Source: Lama guanicoe
Lineage: Eukaryota
Assembly (NCBI GenBank): GCA_013239625.1
Contig: MU053594.1
Span: 708,355 to 772,354, forward strand
Direction of reading: 5' to 3'
Length of the DNA stretch: 64,000 bases
Shown: one piece after another, positions 39,401 to 47,112 of the stretch
Layout of the letters: each line of letters begins with the position of its first letter
How positions within the stretch are numbered: the stretch's first letter is position 1
Made by a program: the position numbers and the translations under genes
Notes under the pieces: model-generated
The model's database searches: none
What the model was told of the DNA's origin: nothing
What the model saw: the letters and a program-made list of their open reading frames with translations, nothing else

Positions 39401-41649
39401 GATGACCCAGAAAGACCAAGAAAAAAAAAACTTGAGTTTATACTTCCTTGCAGAAAATAAATCTAGTGAATCTAAAAAGCAAAAGACAATTCCAGCCTCA
39501 CCAGGCAGTTGAGATTAAACTACCACTTTGCCTGCTTCAGTGCAGACGTCCTCACTGTGTCTACTTAAGTATCTCCACAACAGGAAAAGGAAACCTTCGC
39601 AGGAGCCTGTGGGGGGCTGATCCTGGTCTTGTTGACGGTGGTCCTGCATTCGTCCTCCTCTTGGTCTTCCTCTGTAAACTGTAGTCTCTTCTCTGTCTCC
39701 AGGACAGCTTTCTCTCGTACGACTGGGTCATCAGAATTCATCTCCTGAATTAAACTGGCTGGAGGAGGAATCAGATGTGGATCAGTTAAGCAGGGTCTTC
39801 CAAAAGAAAGATGCCACTCACTCAAAGAGATGGTGTAGAAAGTTCATGGGGAAGAACTTTTATTTTTCCAGCTTTACTGGGATATAATTGACATATGATA
39901 TTGTGGAAGTTTAAGGTATAAAACATGATGTTTTGATATTCAGTTTTTTTATGTGTGGTGAGAACATTTAAGATCTACTCTCTTAGCAACTTGAAAGTGT
40001 ATAATATAGTAGTGTTAACTAGAGTCACCATGCTGTATGTTAGAACCCCAGAATTTATTCATCTTAAAACTGTAAGCTTATACACTTTGACCAACATCTC
40101 CTCATTTCTTTTTTGAAAGTTTTATTTATTTAAACTTTAAAAAATTGAAGTCGAGTTGATTTACAATGTCTCAGGTGTACAACAAAGTGATTCAGTTATA
40201 TAGAGAGAGTGTGAACTCTCAGGGTGCGTGTGTTGGGTGGGTACCAGAAGCAGTCTGCTGCTCAAGTGTGAGGGAGGGAGAGGCGAGAGGTAAGGGCTAG
40301 GTCATGGGAGGACTTAGGTCCTGATGAGAGCTTGAAATTTATTGTGACTGCAGAGAGACTCCAAGCAGAGAAGTGTCTGGGTCAGATTTGCATTTTAGAT
40401 ACATTACTCTGCGGGGAGTGTAAGCCTGGGGGCAGGAAAAACAATCAGTGGGTAGAGGAAATAGTCTGGAGAAGAGAACCAGAACACAGGGAGGCTGGAG
40501 AGGATGGAGCTGGAGGAAGAAGGCTAACCTGATGGCTGATTAAATGCAGGCCTGAGAGATGGGAGGAGGCCAATAGGACTTGTAAACTTCAGGGATGGGA
40601 GTGCCACCAAGTGACCCTAGACTGAAGGGGAGGGTAGGAGAAGCAGGTTTTATATGGGAGAGGTGGGACGGAGGGGAAAGAGATGATCGACTGAACTTTG
40701 GACATGTTTGTGATGTTTGAGGGGTACAATGGATGTGACAGTTGGCATAGAGGCTGAGGCTCAGAGAAGAAGGCTGGTGGCAATTGAGATGTGGGGTTAT
40801 CAGCAAGGGTGGTATTTAAAAGCACATGCTTGGGCTCCATCACCTGAAGAGAAAGGTGAGCAGTGGGTCAGGCCAGGACTCCACGGAACAACATCTGGGG
40901 ATGGGCAGAGGAGAGGCCGTGACGGACACAAAGAGCACACTGTGGATGTGTCATCTGTGAAGCTACTCGAACTATTTTCAAAACCATTTTATTCTTGGGA
41001 TCCCTATTGCCCACTGGAAGCAGCAATTTCAATCTATTTCTATTTGATATGTGAAGTTTGTTTCGTGGTTGGTTTTCTTGTTTCTGTCCTCAAACGAGCT
41101 CCCTGAAGTCTGCACAGAGACTGAGTGCTCTGCAATCTCCTGTATATGATCTGTGTGATCAGAGTATGTCCTCTGAGGTGGCATCTGTCTGAGCTGGGGA
41201 AGGGTCTTCTTGCCTAGAGGAAGAGAGACAGGGCTGTCGCATCCACGTGATGTGATGGACCCTTGGGAAAGTCATTTGATTTTGCCTCTGCAGCTCAAAA
41301 CCAAGATCCTACACAGAAGGGGAGAAAACACGGATGGGAGCTGTCAGCCCGAATTCCAATCAGAATGTTAACAGCTTCTCTGATACCAATTAACAGCCAG
41401 AAAAATATTACCCCTAGGCTCCAATATTACTTGCTTCTCAATATCCCTTCTGTTGAATCTCAGTGACATTTTTTTCTGAAGAGTCATAAACCTGTCAGGC
41501 CACTCAGGAACTAACTTAGAGTAATCATTGTCTTTATAAGGACTCCACCTCTTTAAAGTACAATTTAATTTATGATTTTACTGGCACTTACTGATTTCAT
41601 CCACATTTTTAAGAAACTTCTGCAAGTCTTCCTCTTGAGAGTCAGCCAT
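3418..41649 (-). CDS. TTC12: TTC12, complete spliced CDS, 21 coding exons, 705 aa (N-terminal TPR repeats, C-terminal armadillo-like repeats)
   Basis: Exon translations ([19 protein letters not shown]... [10 protein letters not shown]... [41 protein letters not shown]... [15 protein letters not shown]... STMKYMNDS*) match TTC12 as recalled. All introns are GT-AG, phases are consistent, and exon lengths sum to 2118 nt with no internal stop seen. Confidence 0.97.
4255..4380. repeat. GA-rich low-complexity tract
   Basis: Purine-rich GAG/GGA runs. Confidence 0.8.
4530..4755 (-). CDS. TTC12: TTC12 coding exon 20, ARM repeat ([28 protein letters not shown]...GKLCTAEP)
   Basis: Acceptor ccctgcag|AG, donor AG|gtgcgc; 226 nt; within ORF 4436..5101. 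Confidence 0.95.
5640..5739 (-). CDS. TTC12: TTC12 coding exon 19 ([33 protein letters not shown])
   Basis: Acceptor aaatctag|GCG, donor A|gtaagt; 100 nt; not in the ORF track, read manually. Confidence 0.94.
6754..7249 (-). mobile_element. LINE-1 3' fragment
   Basis: Minus ORF 7038..7232 contains [15 protein letters not shown] (ORF2 end); L1 3'UTR motifs; near-identical flanks CAGACCATCT/CAGGCCATCT suggest a TSD. Confidence 0.85.
7533..7634 (-). CDS. TTC12: TTC12 coding exon 18 ([34 protein letters not shown])
   Basis: Acceptor ttccctcag|AGA, donor AAG|gtaaat; 102 nt. Confidence 0.95.
7740..7945 (+). mobile_element. LINE-1 3'UTR fragment
   Basis: ggtacaaact...aaataaataagctacaaggatatactgtac...gtacacctgaaact...caactatacctcaataaaa. 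Confidence 0.75.
8599..8765. repeat. Local tandem duplication (21-bp and 50-bp identical blocks)
   Basis: 8599-8619 = 8676-8696 and 8624-8673 = 8716-8765. Confidence 0.92.
9145..9770 (-). mobile_element. LINE-1 3' fragment
   Basis: Minus ORF 9459..9641 ([29 protein letters not shown]) is ORF2-end-like; 3'UTR similar to 6754-7249. Confidence 0.85.
11096..11164 (-). CDS. TTC12: TTC12 coding exon 17 ([23 protein letters not shown])
   Basis: Acceptor caccgcag|GTT, donor ACA|gtaagc; 69 nt. Confidence 0.95.
11617..11715 (-). CDS. TTC12: TTC12 coding exon 16 ([33 protein letters not shown])
   Basis: Acceptor ttccaaag|GCC, donor GAG|gtaccg; 99 nt. Confidence 0.93.
12199..12336 (-). CDS. TTC12: TTC12 coding exon 15 ([25 protein letters not shown]...GDACLDLL)
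   Basis: Acceptor ctttcag|AAG, donor TTG|gtattt; 138 nt. Confidence 0.94.
13118..13178 (-). CDS. TTC12: TTC12 coding exon 14 ([20 protein letters not shown])
   Basis: Acceptor tcgacag|A, donor CTG|gtgagc; 61 nt. Confidence 0.94.
14236..14328 (-). CDS. TTC12: TTC12 coding exon 13 ([30 protein letters not shown])
   Basis: Acceptor ttttgcag|G, donor AG|gtaatt; 93 nt. Confidence 0.95.
14700..15330 (+). mobile_element. L3/CR1 LINE relic (split by an L1; further piece near 16660-16790)
   Basis: gaaaaagacttaggggtt...atgagcaaacagtctggtgcagctgccaaaaaag...ctaatgtaacctgaggctgccttaacag resembles the CR1 reverse-transcriptase 3' region as recalled. Confidence 0.55.
14955..15177 (+). mobile_element. LINE-1 3'UTR fragment with A tail, inserted in an L3/CR1 relic
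   Basis: ctactgtatagcatagggaactatattcaatatcttgta...gactatacttcaataaaaaaaaaa. Confidence 0.8.
15470..16600 (-). mobile_element. L2 LINE fragments (with a MER5-like piece at ~15840-15930)
   Basis: tactgagcactgtgtgccaggc...gggccacagtgatgaaaatgagacaaggtcccagctccaaggagctc and later L2-type blocks. Confidence 0.55.
17860..18055 (+). mobile_element. MaLR LTR fragment (MLT1-type)
   Basis: gatgtttggagttgcagcagccttgtgtgaccatgag...gagccactgaaccagc...tgttatgtgaggaaa. Confidence 0.55.
19834..20002 (-). CDS. TTC12: TTC12 coding exon 12 ([20 protein letters not shown]...[10 protein letters not shown])
   Basis: Acceptor ttttgcag|AG, donor CG|gtaagg; 169 nt. Confidence 0.95.
20691..20717. repeat. (CA)n microsatellite
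   Basis: Perfect CA run. Confidence 0.9.
20972..21095 (-). mobile_element. tRNA-derived SINE, camelid Vic-1-like (internally deleted)
   Basis: Reverse complement contains B-box-like ctgggctcaatccccagtgcttcc, then an A-rich linker and aacctaattatctc tail; related to 48742-48890. Confidence 0.7.
21455..21540 (-). mobile_element. tRNA-derived SINE, camelid Vic-1-like
   Basis: Reverse complement ggggagggtatagctcagtggtacagcacatgcttgcatacataaggttctgagttcaattcccagtacctct carries A and B boxes. Confidence 0.8.
22150..22238 (-). CDS. TTC12: TTC12 coding exon 11 ([29 protein letters not shown])
   Basis: Acceptor ccttgtag|G, donor G|gtaagc; 89 nt. Confidence 0.94.
22719..23305 (+). mobile_element. 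Solo LTR, ERV1-like (copy B, same family), in the intron between coding exons 10 and 11
   Basis: TG...CA termini, 4-bp TSD ACAC (22715-22718 and 23306-23309), TATAAA at 23123, AATAAA at 23195-23200, five CTCCTGATTGGT repeats. Confidence 0.9.
23640..23709 (-). CDS. TTC12: TTC12 coding exon 10 ([22 protein letters not shown])
   Basis: Acceptor tgtttcag|CC, donor AG|gtaggg; 70 nt. Confidence 0.93.
24420..24680. repeat. Degenerate (TG)n-rich tract
   Basis: About 260 bp of interrupted TG/TA repeats. Confidence 0.85.
24878..25066 (-). CDS. TTC12: TTC12 coding exon 9 ([18 protein letters not shown]...EVLTEMMKD)
   Basis: Acceptor tttgctag|AT, donor T|gtaagc; 189 nt; overlaps ORF 24849..25112. Confidence 0.95.
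25466..25526 (-). CDS. TTC12: TTC12 coding exon 8 ([20 protein letters not shown])
   Basis: Acceptor tcttccag|TCT, donor AAG|gtgaga; 61 nt. Confidence 0.94.
26680..28385 (+). mobile_element. Old LINE-1 (L1M-type) ORF2 3' portion and 3'UTR
   Basis: catggattggaag...ccccaaattgatctaca...ttgcagaaactgacaaagctgatcct...gacaagggtgcc...catcattagccatcagggaaatg...tatctcaataaa; degraded frames. Confidence 0.88.
28735..28806 (-). CDS. TTC12: TTC12 coding exon 7, TPR3 ([24 protein letters not shown])
   Basis: Acceptor tcatgcag|TGT, donor GTG|gtaagt; 72 nt. Confidence 0.95.
29090..29270. mobile_element. MER5-like hAT MITE
   Basis: ggctgaacatcagaatcacct...ctccaggt...gcagccacatttgagaaccacc. Confidence 0.6.
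30070..30230 (-). mobile_element. MIR SINE
   Basis: attacccacattttgcagctgaggaaact...aaggtcacacagatactaagtgg...ctgggattgaaatctagctgtttgactccag. Confidence 0.65.
33107..33166 (-). CDS. TTC12: TTC12 coding exon 6, TPR2 ([20 protein letters not shown])
   Basis: Acceptor cttgcag|GCT, donor AAG|gtaaga; 60 nt. Confidence 0.95.
33680..34360 (+). mobile_element. Old LINE-1 (L1M-type) 3' end
   Basis: aataacaagtgttggtgagaatgt...ctgggaatgtaaaatg...ttctaaaattgg...tatatctcaataaagct; homologous to the 3' part of 26680-28385. Confidence 0.85.
37018..37210 (+). mobile_element. Short hAT MITE (MER63-like)
   Basis: Imperfect terminal inverted repeats (ccagtgctgtgctg ... cagcacacacctctgg) and a shared block with 63230-64000. 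Confidence 0.5.
37301..37422 (-). CDS. TTC12: TTC12 coding exon 5, TPR1 ([40 protein letters not shown])
   Basis: Acceptor ctcctag|CC, donor CAG|gtcagt; 122 nt; TPR signature K-x-x-G-N-x-x-F. Confidence 0.95.
38287..38364 (-). CDS. TTC12: TTC12 coding exon 4 ([25 protein letters not shown])
   Basis: Acceptor ttgtcag|AG, donor G|gtaatt; 78 nt. Confidence 0.93.
38516..38555. repeat. (CA)n microsatellite, interrupted
   Basis: acacacacacacacacaaacacacacatacacacaca. Confidence 0.9.
39022..39043 (-). CDS. TTC12: TTC12 coding exon 3, 22-nt micro-exon (NADETNS)
   Basis: Acceptor ccctgcag|AAT, donor CAG|gtaagg; needed to restore phase between the flanking exons. Confidence 0.9.
39595..39758 (-). 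CDS. TTC12: TTC12 coding exon 2 ([25 protein letters not shown]...ISPPQAPAK)
   Basis: Acceptor ctccag|CC, donor AAG|gtttcc (weak); 164 nt; overlaps ORF 39565..39825. Confidence 0.9.
39857..40205 (-). mobile_element. Two abutting LINE-1 3'UTR fragments
   Basis: ctttactgggatataattgacat...gtgagaacatttaagatctactctcttagcaac... followed by ttgaagtcgagttgatttacaatg. Confidence 0.7.
40240..40930 (-). mobile_element. L2 LINE fragment
   Basis: tcagatttgcattttagatacattactct...gaactttggacatgtttgtgatgtttgagg...ggatgtgacagttggca. Confidence 0.55.
41592..41649 (-). CDS. TTC12: TTC12 coding exon 1 ([19 protein letters not shown]); exon begins at 41664 with 15 nt of 5'UTR
   Basis: Acceptor cttcag|GGATTC at 41664, ACAATGG Kozak context, donor A|gtaagt; 58 coding nt. 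Confidence 0.93.
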
Positions 41650-42897
41650 TGTGAACCAGAATCCCTGAAGGAGGCAGCACACATGATGAAAATTAATAAT
41701 AATAAAACAGTAAATGGAATTTGTCAGGCTTATTAGCCTTCTACAACTAAGAGCCAAGTGATTACTTTTTAGATGGATTTGTGTTTATAAAAGTCGTGAA
41801 TAACAAGCAGGGTGATCTATGTCATTCTGACTGCTGCCAGGGCCAAGGGGCACTCTTAAGGTGTGGAGATACTTCTGGAAAGCTGCCAGCATCCCTCCAA
41901 TGGGGAAACGGCTCTGCAAAATGTTCCTTCAAAGCCAGTATCAACTGCTCTGATTCAGGGACCTGGCATGAAGCAGACCAGGTGGAGAGCAGCTGGCAGG
42001 CCACCAGGGATGGAGGATGACACTAATGCTTGACTTTGATTGTGACAGGCCAGCCCAGCCAGAAGCTTGGACCTGGCTGTGTGACAGGAAACCAGAAACA
42101 GGACAATTTGCATCTAAATGTCCAAACTTGTTTAAAATATAAGCCTCCGGCTTGTCTCTGAGGAGTGGAGAGAGGATACAAATTGGCTGCAGGGATTAAA
42201 ACTTGACGGCACGGTGAGCCCACATCCTCTCTCCTGTCCGGGTACTTTAGATGGATCACCTCTCAGTTGTTTTTGAGTGAAAGGTCCTCATGGTGTACCC
42301 AGTGGTTCGCAAAGGTCCACCCACAGACCACAAAAATCATCCCCAAACTTGTTAAGTATCCAGATTCCTCCACCTTAGCCCAGAGCCCCTCCAACGTACC
42401 CAGGGACGTACAGTTTTACATAAGCTCCAGGTGACTCTGATTTCCAGCTGGGTTTAGTGGTAGCGTAGTCTGTAACGCACCTACAACTGGAAATTCGGAA
42501 TCTGCCAGAACAAGCTGAGTTACTTGATCTCTCTGAGATTCCACCAATTACAGGCTGTGCTACCTCAGCTAAAGTTATAACCTCTCTGAGCCTCGGGGTC
42601 CTCATTCTCTGTAATACCAGACAGAGGGCTATCTGGGGATTAATTCAAAGCACCAGGCACGCGACGAGGGGTCACTGCGAGGCACCCTTACCTATAAAAC
42701 AGGGCTTGGGGACGTGTGGCTTAACCAGATGATCGCTAGGTTTCTTTCCAGCTCTAACATTTCAGGCTCCCGTGGCACTGAGGCCTAGTCAAGTCAGTTA
42801 ACTTGCCCAAGGTTAGGAGGGGCAGAAAGCAGGCTCAGAATTCCCGCGGGCAGGAGCCAAGCCCTCTGCTCCCAGGGCAGGGTTGGAGCGAACCCAC

Positions 42898-42933
42898 GAC
42901 GGGATGAGGGACGGGATGAGGGACGGGATGAGG
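42898..42933. repeat. Three perfect copies of the 12-mer GACGGGATGAGG
   Basis: Copies at 42898, 42910 and 42922. Confidence 0.95.
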
Positions 42934-43033
42934 CCAGAGGCATCCCGCGTTTCCCTCTGCAGGAGCCTGCAGTTGGCTGGGACTGCAGACAAGCTTGCCC
43001 AAGCCAGGGCTAAGGGGCGGGGCCTACGGCACC

Positions 43034-43046
43034 GTTGCCCGGCAAC
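43034..43046. promoter_or_regulatory. RFX X-box GTTGCC-C-GGCAAC
   Basis: Perfect palindromic match to the GTTRCC(N0-3)RGYAAC consensus inside the promoter CpG island of a ciliary gene. Confidence 0.75.
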
Positions 43047-43219
43047 CGCTCCCCAGCGCCCCCTGGCCCTGGCCCTGGCCCCGCCGCGGTAGTCCCAGCC
43101 CGCAGCCGATACCGTCCCATCCACTGGGGCCCAAACCAGCGACCTCTGCCCGGCTCTGACGGCCAGATCAGGACCAGGCCACGACCAAGGCGGACCCCGG
43201 GCCACCCCGCTGCACTGAC

Positions 43220-43260
43220 CTGACGCGCCCAGCGCTGGACAGGAAATGGCGGCTGGGGGC
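43220..43260 (-). other. TTC12: Putative non-coding first exon of TTC12 (5' end uncertain)
   Basis: Minus-strand donor CAG|GTCAGT at 43220/43219 inside the CpG island, just downstream of GC boxes, a CCAAT box and a GCCGCCATTT (YY1/initiator-like) motif. The ATG exon has its own acceptor, so an upstream exon is required. Confidence 0.6.
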
Positions 43261-44844
43261 GGGCCGTGACCGACCTAGGCTGGGACGGGGCGGGGCCAGG
43301 GCCTGGCGACCACGGGTGGGCGTGGCGCCCGCGCAGACACCCCGCCCCGCGCTCCCCTTACGGATTGGCCGCCAAATTCAAGGACGACCTGGGGCCTGGG
43401 GCGCCAGATAGGAGTCTGGGCAGCGGCAGGTGGGGGAGCAGGGGGAGCAAAAAAAAAAAAAAAAGAAAAAAAAAAGCCCCTTCTGACCCGTGCTGGTCTC
43501 TAAATCAGGGCCAGGTTTTCGCCTCTTTTTCTTCTGGGGTTGGGGGTGTGTGTCACATCCATTAGCTTAATATCCTTGGCCCAAAGGGAGAATATCTCCA
43601 GCGTGCTTGGGAGGTGCAGGCTTGGGCGAAATCCGATTTTGCTTATTGGTGAGACCTTCAGAGAGTTCTGTGACCTCTCTGCTCTTAAGTGTTTTCATCT
43701 ATAAAATGGAGAAGTGGTTCTTTCTCATAAGGTTTATGGTTGAAGTGCCAGGCACCTAGTCGATAGGGACAAGTGGTGGTTAGTATCCAGGGCATCATAG
43801 GATTTAGAGCAGAAGGAGATGATGGACACAGTCACACGATGAATACACCCACACACGCTTAAAGAGATCCCAGTCTATTTTTTTAAATCAAAGTTGAGTG
43901 GTGAATGCTGGATTAAAAAGAGCGAAAAGCAGGCTTATGGAAAAGCCCCATCTTGAGCTTAAACTGATGTTCGGAAACACTTGAGACTTCCTGGCAAATT
44001 TGTGGGTGCTTTACAGGAACCTGTTTGGTAGGGACTGAGGAGTCCAGGGGACAGAGCTTGCCAAGAGGGGAGACGGGTCCAGCATGAACAGCTAGATCAA
44101 CATTGATTTTGAAAACAGTCTATTGACTCTGCCTTGTGACCTAGACCCCATGGGATGCATGTCTGAGCCCCATGGAGAACAGGGGGCTTTTTGAAATCTC
44201 CACAAGGCATGCAGTCCTGCTTGGGTACCCCCGCCCCATGAGGTTATAGCTCAAAGGGACCAGGGCAGCCTTCTCCCCGCGGCAGACCAGGTGCAGCTTC
44301 AGCAGAGTGAGTCCTTCAGCTCACTGGTTGGAGCAGGAAGCGGTGTGACCTGGGGGACCCAGCAGTGCGTTCACAGTGGCTGTCCCCAGGGACTGAGATT
44401 CCTCCTGAGAAGCAGCAGAGAGTGGACGTGCCAGCAGAGCAGGGTTGCTGGTGCCACACCCTGGGGATTAACAGAAAGACACGCGGTACTTTGCAGTGAG
44501 TTGAGAGCCTGTGGGAATTGATGGAGGCAAGACTCAGTGACAGGTTATTACTATTAGTATCAACCCATTTTCCTCTCGGGCTTATGAGGCCTTGAACTCA
44601 GGCATAGTCTCCAACTTAGGGTCTTTTGTAACTTTGGAGCTAACAGTATTATTTCCAAACACTTTCTTTTCCACTACCCTTTTCACCAAACTCCTTTTCC
44701 TGGACTCATAGGGACCTGCCCACCAGTGACCATACCTCATACCCATTCATTCATACATTCATTCATCAAATGTCGATAGTCTCCGGGATGCCAGCTGCTG
44801 TGGAAAGTCCTTGACGTGCACTTGACAAATATTTATCATGTGCT

Positions 44845-45190
44845 GAGTGGTTAAGAGCAGGGACTATAGGACCAGCCTCCCTGGGCTCAAATCTCCGCTC
44901 TCCACTTGCATTATTAAAATGTTGTTATGCACCTCCCAAGCACCTTTTTACCGAGCTAGGTGCTGGAGATCTTTTTCTTCCTGTTATTATTTCTACTATT
45001 ACTAGCTGTGTGACCTTGATACATTATTTAATATCTCTGTGCCTTAATTTCCTCATCTGTAAAAATGAGAATGTTAAATAATACTGATCTGACAGGGCTG
45101 CTATGAGAAGTATATGAGTTAATTACAGGTAAAGTACCTGGTACATTGTCAAGACTCAGTAAATGTTATTGACATTTGTACTACTACTGT
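44845..45190 (+). mobile_element. MIR SINE (interrupted)
   Basis: gagtggttaagagc...ctgggctcaaatc...tactagctgtgtgaccttg...ctctgtgccttaatttcctcatctgtaaaaatg. Confidence 0.7.
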
Positions 45191-45204
45191 GATTAGTATG
45201 CATC

Positions 45205-45350
45205 AGATGAGTGCTTCTGAGCTTGGACCATGCATTAGAATTGCTTGGGGATCTTGTTAAATTGCAGATTCTGGTTCTGTAGGACTGGGGGCTGAGAATC
45301 TGCAGTGATATCTCTTTGTGGACTGTGAGCCACACTGAGTAACAAAGTGC
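45205..45350. mobile_element. MER5A-like hAT MITE
   Basis: gcattagaattgcttggggatcttgttaaattgcagattctggttctgtagg...gctgagaatctgca. Confidence 0.6.
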
Positions 45351-45397
45351 AAACACTATTATTAAACACTGGGGATGTAATGGAGCATGAGTGATAC

Positions 45398-45869
45398 TCT
45401 ATTAGTCTGGGATCTCCAGAGAAACAGAACCAATAAGAGAGACAGAGAGAGAGAGAAGTACTATAAGGAATTGGCTCACATGATTATGGAGGCTGAGCAG
45501 TACATGATCTTCAATAGGCAAGATGGAGATGGAGACAGCCAATGGTGTGAGTACCAGTCCAAGTCCAAGGGCCTGAGAACCAGGAGGGCTGATGATGGTG
45601 TAAGTTCCTGTCCAAGCCTGAATCTGAAGGCAGAAGACCAATGTCCCACCCAAATACAGCCAGGCAGAGAGAAAGAATGCTTTTCAGGCCTTCAACTGAT
45701 TGGGTGAGGCCCACCCACGTTGGGAAAAGCAATCTGTTTTACTCAGTCTGTGATTCAAATGCTAATCTCATCCAGAAACACCCTCACAGACAAACCCAGA
45801 ATAACGTTTAACAAAATATCAGAACACCTTGTGAGTCAGTCAGGTTGACCCAGAAAATTAACCATCACA
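45398..45869 (-). mobile_element. MLT2-type (ERVL) solo LTR
   Basis: Starts tattagtctgggatctccagagaaacagaacc and ends gaaaattaaccatcaca (reverse complement TGTGATGGTTAATTTT, the MLT2 terminus as recalled). Confidence 0.8.
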
Positions 45870-45879
45870 GGTATCCAGT

Positions 45880-46620
45880 CACCAGACCCAAAGAGCTTAT
45901 CACCTAAGGGGGTTAAAGGTCAATAAACAAATTCTGTGATAAACACCATCATAAGTCCTATAAGAAGTAAAGGGTGGAAAAACCAAAATAGCAAAGAGTG
46001 CCGTGACAGCTGAGTCTCAGACCTTGGAGATTTTCCCTGAGGATGTGATGCTTAAGCTGAGACTTAAGGGATGAGTGGATGTTGACCAATTGTAGAGGGA
46101 GGTGGGAGCAGCCTGGGCAGTCAGGAAGGAGCCTGGCATGGATGAGGAACCAGCAGGAGGCAAGCTTGGCTGCTGCCTAGAGAGCAAAATGCAAGTGGGG
46201 CAAGATGAAGCCGGGCCCAGATCACACAGGACCTTTGGAAGGTTCTGGGTCTTTCTCCTAAGTGCTATGGAGCGTTTGAGGGGGTTTTAGCAGAGGAGTG
46301 ACATACTCAGATTTTTTTTTTTAAAAGAAAGTCATTCTGGCTGCAATGTGGAGAATGATCTGGAACGAGGCCAGAGGGACACTGGGAGTCAAGTTAGAGG
46401 TTGTTGACTAGAAAGGATTAGATGAATTTGAGATACATGTTGGACGGAAAATTGACAGCAGGAAAATATTAGCAATGACATTAGATTTCTGGCTTGAGCC
46501 AGATGGCCCTCTCCATTGGCTGAGAGGGAGAAGATTGGAGGAGAGTCAGGTGTGGAGAAAGATAATGAGTTCAGATTTATACTCAGTTCAAGATGCTGAT
46601 GAGTTATTCAACTGAAGATT
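45880..46620 (-). mobile_element. L2 LINE fragment
   Basis: ccctgaggatgtgatgcttaagctgagacttaagggatgagt...ttttagcagaggagtgacat...tcattctggctgcaatgtggagaat. Confidence 0.6.
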
Positions 46621-46629
46621 TTGAATAAA

Positions 46630-47112
46630 TTAATTGTCCTTTAATATCCACTCTCCTCTCCTTCAGGCACTCCCATTTTTAGCAAAGCACAGGCACCTAG
46701 AATAAACTTATTTCCCAGCTTCCCTTACACACGACTGGCCAATTAGATATAAGAGAAGTAGTGGGGGCTACTTCTGGGAAGTGTCCAAAGAAAGTGCTCC
46801 CTTCCCTTTCCGTTTTCATCTTGTTGATTGGAATCTGGACACAATGGCTGGAGCTGGATCAGCCATTTTGGACCATGAGGGAGAAGCAGCATGTTGAGGA
46901 TGGAAAGCCACAAGGTAGACGGAGCCTGTGTTCTGACAATCATGGAGTTACCACGCTGGTTTTGGACTGCCTAATTCCATATTTATGTGAGGGAGAGCTC
47001 TTTAACACCAACAGTACCTCAGGTCCTGAGAGTCTAAAGACTTCTATCTTGTTAAAGTCACTGTTTTGTTGGGCATTCTGTCACTCCCAGCCAAATCTAG
47101 TGTTAACTGATT
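46630..47112 (+). mobile_element. MaLR LTR (MLT1-type)
   Basis: atggctggagctggatcagccattttggaccatgag...gttgaggatgg...ttgttaaagtcactg...tctgtcact...ccaaatctagtgttaactgat. Confidence 0.7.

Larger units (their letters stand above)
42840..43430 (-). promoter_or_regulatory. CpG-island promoter of TTC12
   Basis: Dense CpG and high GC; GC boxes at 43287-43296 and 43340-43350; CCAAT on the minus strand at 43364-43368; YY1-like AAATGGCGGC at 43244-43253; located just upstream of the ATG exon. Confidence 0.85.
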
